DNA of 46,375 nucleotides from Escherichia phage N15: sequence record NC_001901.1; one strand, 5' to 3'. Shown piece by piece: positions 42,916 to 46,375 of this stretch (position 1 is its first letter; each line of letters starts with the position of its first letter). The notes under the pieces were generated by a model. It saw only the letters and a program-made list of their open reading frames with translations, ran no database searches and was not told where the DNA came from. The position numbers and the translations under genes were made by a program.

Positions 42916-43451
42916 TGGCTAACAGGGCAAAATTAAGCGCAGCCGTTCTAAGTTTGATTCTTGCTGGCGCGTCAGCCCCACAAATTCTCGACCAGTTTTT
43001 GGATGAGAAAGAGGGAAATAGCCTTACTGCTTACAAAGATGGCAGCGGCATCTGGACGATATGCCGTGGTGCCACAATGGTTGATGGCAAGCCAGTAATG
43101 CAGGGCATGAAGTTGACGCAGGCCAAATGCAATCAGGTAAACGCCATCGAACGCAATAAGGCTCTTGCGTGGGTTGACCGCAATATCAAAGTTCCTCTGA
43201 CCGAACCGCAGAAAGCCGGTATCGCATCTTTCTGCCCGTACAACATAGGCCCAGGCAAATGCTTCCCATCGACGTTCTATAAGCGTCTTAATGCTGGCGA
43301 CCGCCACGGGGCTTGTGAGGCGATCCGATGGTGGATAAAGGATGGTGGCCGCGACTGTCGACTGACCAAGGGCCAGAAGAATGGATGCTATGGGCAAGTT
43401 GAGCGGCGTGACCAGGAAAGTGCGTTGACGTGCTGGGAGATAGACCAGTGA
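42912..43451 (+). CDS. SAR endolysin (GH24 lysozyme, phage 21 R-like)
   Basis: N-terminal signal-arrest-release segment KLSAAVLSLILAGASAP. Catalytic E-x8-D-x5-T in EGNSLTAYKDGSGIWT. Confidence 0.88.
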   Translation: MMANRAKLSAAVLSLILAGASAPQILDQFLDEKEGNSLTAYKDGSGIWTICRGATMVDGKPVMQGMKLTQAKCNQVNAIERNKALAWVDRNIKVPLTEPQKAGIASFCPYNIGPGKCFPSTFYKRLNAGDRHGACEAIRWWIKDGGRDCRLTKGQKNGCYGQVERRDQESALTCWEIDQ

Positions 43452-43993
43452 ATCCGTCCCCATTAATCGCAGCAATAAAAGCCTGGTGGAAGCCTTTATT
43501 CGTGCTGATTTTTGCGGCCAGCGCGTTTATCGCTGGCAATGTCTGGAGCAACAGGGCATGGGAAAAAAGGTGGGCTGACCGTGATAGTGCTGAGTCCTCG
43601 CAAAAGGTCAACGCGCAGACAGCCGCCAGAATGATAGAGCAAGGGCGAATTATTGCCCGTGATGAGGCCGTAAAGAATGCCAAAGAGAAAGCAGCTGCCG
43701 CGCGTGATGCTTCTGCTCGTTTGGCTGGCACTGTTAGTCAGCTGCAGCAACAGGCAAGAAAACTCGCTACCCGCCTGGACGCCGCAAAGCACACCGCAGA
43801 TCTTGCCGCTGCCGTCAGAGGCAAAACAGCCGGAGCCAACGCTGCAGTGCTCGCCGACATGCTCGGAAGTCTTGCAGCAGAAGCTAAATATTATGCTGAA
43901 CGATCTGACGAAAGCTATCGAGCAGGAATGACCTGCCAGCGTATTTATGACTCGGTTAGAGAGTCAAATAACCAATCTGGAGCCTCGCAATAG
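43448..43993 (+). CDS. i-spanin (Rz-like)
   Basis: N-terminal TMD WKPLFVLIFAASAFIAGNVW followed by coiled coil. GTG at 43448 after GGGAGA (43430 is an in-frame alternative). Confidence 0.8.
   Translation: MNPSPLIAAIKAWWKPLFVLIFAASAFIAGNVWSNRAWEKRWADRDSAESSQKVNAQTAARMIEQGRIIARDEAVKNAKEKAAAARDASARLAGTVSQLQQQARKLATRLDAAKHTADLAAAVRGKTAGANAAVLADMLGSLAAEAKYYAERSDESYRAGMTCQRIYDSVRESNNQSGASQ
43677..43931 (+). CDS. o-spanin lipoprotein (Rz1-like) embedded in the +1 frame of the Rz-like gene
   Basis: Signal plus lipobox MPKRKQLPRVMLLLVWLALLVSC. Pro-rich mature part. Confidence 0.75.
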   Translation: MPKRKQLPRVMLLLVWLALLVSCSNRQENSLPAWTPQSTPQILPLPSEAKQPEPTLQCSPTCSEVLQQKLNIMLNDLTKAIEQE

Positions 43994-44005
43994 CGGGGCT
44001 TTTTT
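43981..44005 (+). terminator. Rho-independent terminator after the lysis cassette
   Basis: AGCCTCGC-aata-GCGGGGCT followed by T6. The Rz-like stop codon lies in the loop. Confidence 0.8.
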
Positions 44006-44029
44006 ATAGCTAAAATCAGCGGAGAGAAA

Positions 44030-44233
44030 ATGGCGAAAATCAAACTGACCCTCGAACAAATTAAATCTTTGGCTAAGTTTGCAGAGGAAGAAGGCCAGCC
44101 TGAATACACAATCTGTCATGGTCAAATCCCCGGCTTCGATAATGTTCCAGATTACAATGGTTTGATTGCGTTTTCTGGCTCTGAAGAGCATGGCGTTCTG
44201 GCTTTGGAAGATATGGAGCAGGGTGATAAGTGA
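44030..44233 (+). CDS. Hypothetical protein
   Basis: 67-aa ORF after a GGAGAG RBS. Confidence 0.55.
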   Translation: MAKIKLTLEQIKSLAKFAEEEGQPEYTICHGQIPGFDNVPDYNGLIAFSGSEEHGVLALEDMEQGDK

Positions 44234-44565
44234 TGAAAGTTTATATCGCCGGGCCAATGACAGGCCGTGAAAATTATAACCGTGCCGCTTTCAATAAAGA
44301 GGCAGACCGCCTTACCCGCCACGGTCACACAGTTCTGAACCCAGCCAGCCTTCCTGATGGTCTGGAACAGCGCGAATACATGGATATCTGTTTTGCGATG
44401 CTCCGCTGCGCTGATGCAATCATGATGCTGCCAGGCTGGCAAGCGTCGTCCGGTGCGACAGCCGAATATCACTACGCGTACAAAATGGAATTGCCAGTCT
44501 ATACGGTTCTGCATTATCCACCTGTAGCGCTTGAGAAGGAAATTGATGAGCGCCTTTTACAATGA
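44233..44565 (+). CDS. Nucleoside 2-deoxyribosyltransferase-like protein (DUF4406 family)
   Basis: MKVYIAGPMTG...NYNRAAF...VLNPA...MLPGWQASSGATAEYHYA fits the DUF4406/NDT-fold pattern. Confidence 0.7.
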   Translation: MKVYIAGPMTGRENYNRAAFNKEADRLTRHGHTVLNPASLPDGLEQREYMDICFAMLRCADAIMMLPGWQASSGATAEYHYAYKMELPVYTVLHYPPVALEKEIDERLLQ

Positions 44566-45541
44566 ATTTGAAAGATATCCCGCAACATGGCTAAGCAACC
44601 TGATCGCGAACGGTTCAATAGCAAACGGCATTGTTGATGAGCGCTCTATTGTTGATGTTGCTCCGTCAGATGTTATCAATAAAACGCAATGCCACTGGTT
44701 TGCTGGGATTGGAGTTTGGAGTTATGCGTTGCGTTTAGCTGGCTGGCCAGATAGCCGTTCTGTATGGACAGCCAGCCTGCCATGCCAGCCGTGGAGCTCT
44801 GCAGGAAAGGGAGGAAAATTTGATGACGAACGACACCTCTGGCCTGTGTTTTTCAGACTCGTTAAAGAGTGCCGCCCTCCAGTCATTTTTGGTGAGCAGG
44901 TTTCAAGCAAGGACGGCCTTGAGTGGTTCTCAGCTGTACAAACTGACCTGGAAAATGCGGGCTATGCCGTTGCAGCGCTTGATACATGCGCAGCGAGCGT
45001 CGGTGCTCCGCACATCAGACAAAGAATCTTCTGGATGGCCTACGACTACAGCCAGCAATACCAAAACGGCGATAAAGGATGTAGTGAAAATACTGGCCAG
45101 AAGAGCAGCGGGACGACAGTCGAACTTGCAGGATGTAGCAGTTCTTGCCGGATGGAATACACCGACAGCATCAGACTGCAAAGGAGGGTATCAGGGAGGG
45201 AGGATACGAAACGGGAAATTATCGACCGACCGCCTGGATGTAACATCGCAGTTGGCGGGATGGTCACCCGAAACGCTCCCGTCACTGAATTCAAACCAGA
45301 AAATCACAGCGCCCTGGGGGCCGTGCAGACTGACTCATACTGGAGAGATATTGACTGGCTCTTCTGCCAGGATGGAAAGTGGAGGCCAGTTGAACCCTCA
45401 TCATTCCCGCTGGCTGATGGGATTGCCGGTCGAGTGGGCCAGTTGCGCGCCTACGGGAACGCGATAGTCGCTCCATTAGCGGCAGCATTCATCACCTCGG
45501 CTTATCAGGCAATCCAGGACTTCGAATCCCAAAAAAAATAA
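44546..45541 (+). CDS. DNA cytosine-C5 methyltransferase-like protein (frame integrity questionable, see findings)
   Basis: Motif [10 protein letters not shown], motif [13 protein letters not shown], motif VI VIFGEQV, motif VIII-like [11 protein letters not shown]-terminal [14 protein letters not shown] 215-codon overlapping ORF (44820..45467) also carries methyltransferase-like motifs. Confidence 0.7.
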   Translation: MSAFYNEFERYPATWLSNLIANGSIANGIVDERSIVDVAPSDVINKTQCHWFAGIGVWSYALRLAGWPDSRSVWTASLPCQPWSSAGKGGKFDDERHLWPVFFRLVKECRPPVIFGEQVSSKDGLEWFSAVQTDLENAGYAVAALDTCAASVGAPHIRQRIFWMAYDYSQQYQNGDKGCSENTGQKSSGTTVELAGCSSSCRMEYTDSIRLQRRVSGREDTKREIIDRPPGCNIAVGGMVTRNAPVTEFKPENHSALGAVQTDSYWRDIDWLFCQDGKWRPVEPSSFPLADGIAGRVGQLRAYGNAIVAPLAAAFITSAYQAIQDFESQKK

Positions 45542-45559
45542 CATTTAGTGTTCCGCTTT

Positions 45560-45579
45560 CGTGCGACCACGGTCGCACG
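45560..45579. promoter_or_regulatory. Centromere-like palindrome (SopB site)
   Basis: CGTGCGACC-AC-GGTCGCACG with perfect 9-bp arms. Confidence 0.8.
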
Positions 45580-45589
45580 CTTTTCCATT

Positions 45590-45664
45590 CTCATAGACAT
45601 GAGCGTTGCTGCGTAACGGGTTCATTGCCCAATCTGCGTCGCGTATAGCGCTCATGTTTATGAG
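45590..45664. repeat. 16-bp inverted repeat with a 43-nt spacer upstream of the last gene
   Basis: CTCATAGACATGAGCG (45590..45605) against CGCTCATGTTTATGAG (45649..45664), one mismatch. Confidence 0.8.
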
Positions 45665-45695
45665 AGTTGCCTCAACACATCTAAAAGGATCTATC

Positions 45696-46319
45696 ATGTC
45701 AGAATCTGTAAGCATCAGTCATGTAGCAACGATGTCTAAACCGTTTGGTGTAAACGTCGAATGGAAATGGCCAAATGGCAGCAGCTGGTTTTCCAAGTTG
45801 GAACTGCAATGCCTCCGCGAAGACGGGCGGCTAGTGAAAGAGTGCATATATTATCCGAATACTAGCCATCTTATTTCCGGTCTTAAATGTGGTGAGCGCG
45901 TGCAGGTACGGGTGCGCATCGTTGCAGTGAACGGTTCTACCCGAGACTGGCAGGTTAGTGACTGGATTCAAGGCGAATCATCTGTTGATGCTGGCGATAT
46001 CGTCCAGTGGTTGGAAGACGAAATCCGGAACAGCGAGACGTTTAAAGTATTTCGCGGCCAGTGCTTTATTAACGAAGGAAAGATTGGCAATGGCATCGTT
46101 TCTACGAACTATAACGTGAAGTTGAACATGAGCGACACTGCCAAGCAGCATGGATGTGGATTGTTCGTTGGTATCGATGTGCAGAAGGGCAAGGCGTCAG
46201 GGGCTGAAGGGAAAACATCTGAGCTTAAAAAAGAGATCGACGAATGGATTACAGAGACGATCCATCTGCATTGCCGCCCAGGTGGCATTATCTGGCAGGC
46301 TACAAGGCGCAATCGATAA
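45696..46319 (+). CDS. Orphan J-paralogous protein (FN3-like domain) at the right genome end
   Basis: AAAGGA RBS. VNVEWKWPNGSS...LELQCL...YYPNTSHLISGLKCGERVQVRVRIVAVNGSTRDWQVSDWIQGESS parallels residues of the J-like protein (IRLNWGFPANTGD...TEIQY...YPSSEYIQLGLKAGQEFWYRAQLVDRTGNESGYTDWIRGMS). Confidence 0.7.
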   Translation: MSESVSISHVATMSKPFGVNVEWKWPNGSSWFSKLELQCLREDGRLVKECIYYPNTSHLISGLKCGERVQVRVRIVAVNGSTRDWQVSDWIQGESSVDAGDIVQWLEDEIRNSETFKVFRGQCFINEGKIGNGIVSTNYNVKLNMSDTAKQHGCGLFVGIDVQKGKASGAEGKTSELKKEIDEWITETIHLHCRPGGIIWQATRRNR

Positions 46320-46333
46320 CTATTATCGTTTAC

Positions 46334-46340
46334 GGGTCCT
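46334..46340 (+). promoter_or_regulatory. cosQ-like element GGGTCCT
   Basis: tttacGGGTCCTttccgg matches the lambda cosQ context TTTACGGGTCCTTTCCGG at a similar distance upstream of the nick site. Confidence 0.55.
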
Positions 46341-46363
46341 TTCCGGCAATCCGCCCTGTTACG

Positions 46364-46375
46364 GGGCGGCGTCCG
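46364..46375. repeat. cos: cos cohesive-end sequence, right terminal copy
   Basis: Exact repeat of 1..12, preceded by gttacg as in lambda (CAGGTTACG|GGGCGGCG). Confidence 0.85.

Larger units (their letters stand above)
1..46375 (+). mobile_element. Complete cos-to-cos genome of a lambdoid temperate phage that persists as a linear plasmid prophage (N15-type phage-plasmid)
   Basis: Identical 12-nt cohesive-end sequence at both termini. Lambda-colinear head/tail genes. Has telN+telRL, sopAB and repA instead of an integrase. Confidence 0.9.

Noticed and set aside
1-46375. Search for integrase/attP, transposase/IS ends, tRNA, rRNA, CRISPR arrays, retron or DGR features
   Set aside because: No tyrosine or serine integrase other than the protelomerase. 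No spaced direct-repeat arrays, cloverleaf-capable segments or reverse-transcriptase motifs were seen. Their absence fits the plasmid-prophage lifestyle.

Overview
The window is a complete, cos-to-cos genome of a temperate lambdoid siphovirus that lysogenises as a linear plasmid with hairpin telomeres. From memory of the TelN protein, the 56-bp telRL palindrome and the total length, I recognise it as coliphage N15 or a near-identical relative; this needs a database check. The same 12-nt cohesive-end sequence, GGGCGGCGTCCG, sits at both ends of the window (1..12 and 46364..46375).

The left arm (89..21478, + strand) is a lambda-colinear virion module. It runs terminase Nu1/A, W, portal B, C/Nu3, D, E, FI, FII, Z, U, V, G/GT, H, M, L, K, I, J. 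After J come two unknown ORFs, a low-GC cor lipoprotein moron and a side tail fibre.

The centre holds the plasmid-lifestyle genes:
- a LexA-boxed orphan UmuD'-like gene
- sopBA partition genes with CTTTGC operator repeats
- the telRL/tos telomere-resolution site and the protelomerase telN
- a P1-immI-like anti-immunity operon with a leader RNA
- four ORFans
- the 1324-aa primase-helicase repA, with a leader attenuator and a candidate antisense RNA
- the cB-cro-Q immunity switch, with three 16-bp operators plus a fourth at the repA promoter

The right arm (35.6..46.3 kb) carries:
- early ORFans, including a DEDDh exonuclease fused to a Lar-type zinc ribbon
- a LexA-controlled small antirepressor
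- a Gp49/HigB-type toxin-antitoxin pair
- a candidate late promoter with a short terminated leader
- an N6/N4 methyltransferase
- a pinholin / SAR-endolysin / Rz-Rz1 lysis cassette
- a DUF4406-like protein
- a C5-methyltransferase-like gene that stays open in two frames
- a J-paralogous orphan gene next to cos

Four dispersed SopB-type centromere palindromes lie at 33.5, 35.9, 41.1 and 45.6 kb. I found no integrase, attP, tRNA, rRNA, CRISPR array or IS element.

Most of the headline biology (telomere resolution, dispersed centromeres, antirepressor control) is already established for N15. These observations look less explained:
- the two-frame methyltransferase
- the exonuclease-Lar fusion and its ORFan operon
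- a 15-bp palindrome shared between two regulatory regions
- the orphan pre-truncated UmuD'
- the J-like terminal gene
- the ORFan cluster behind repA
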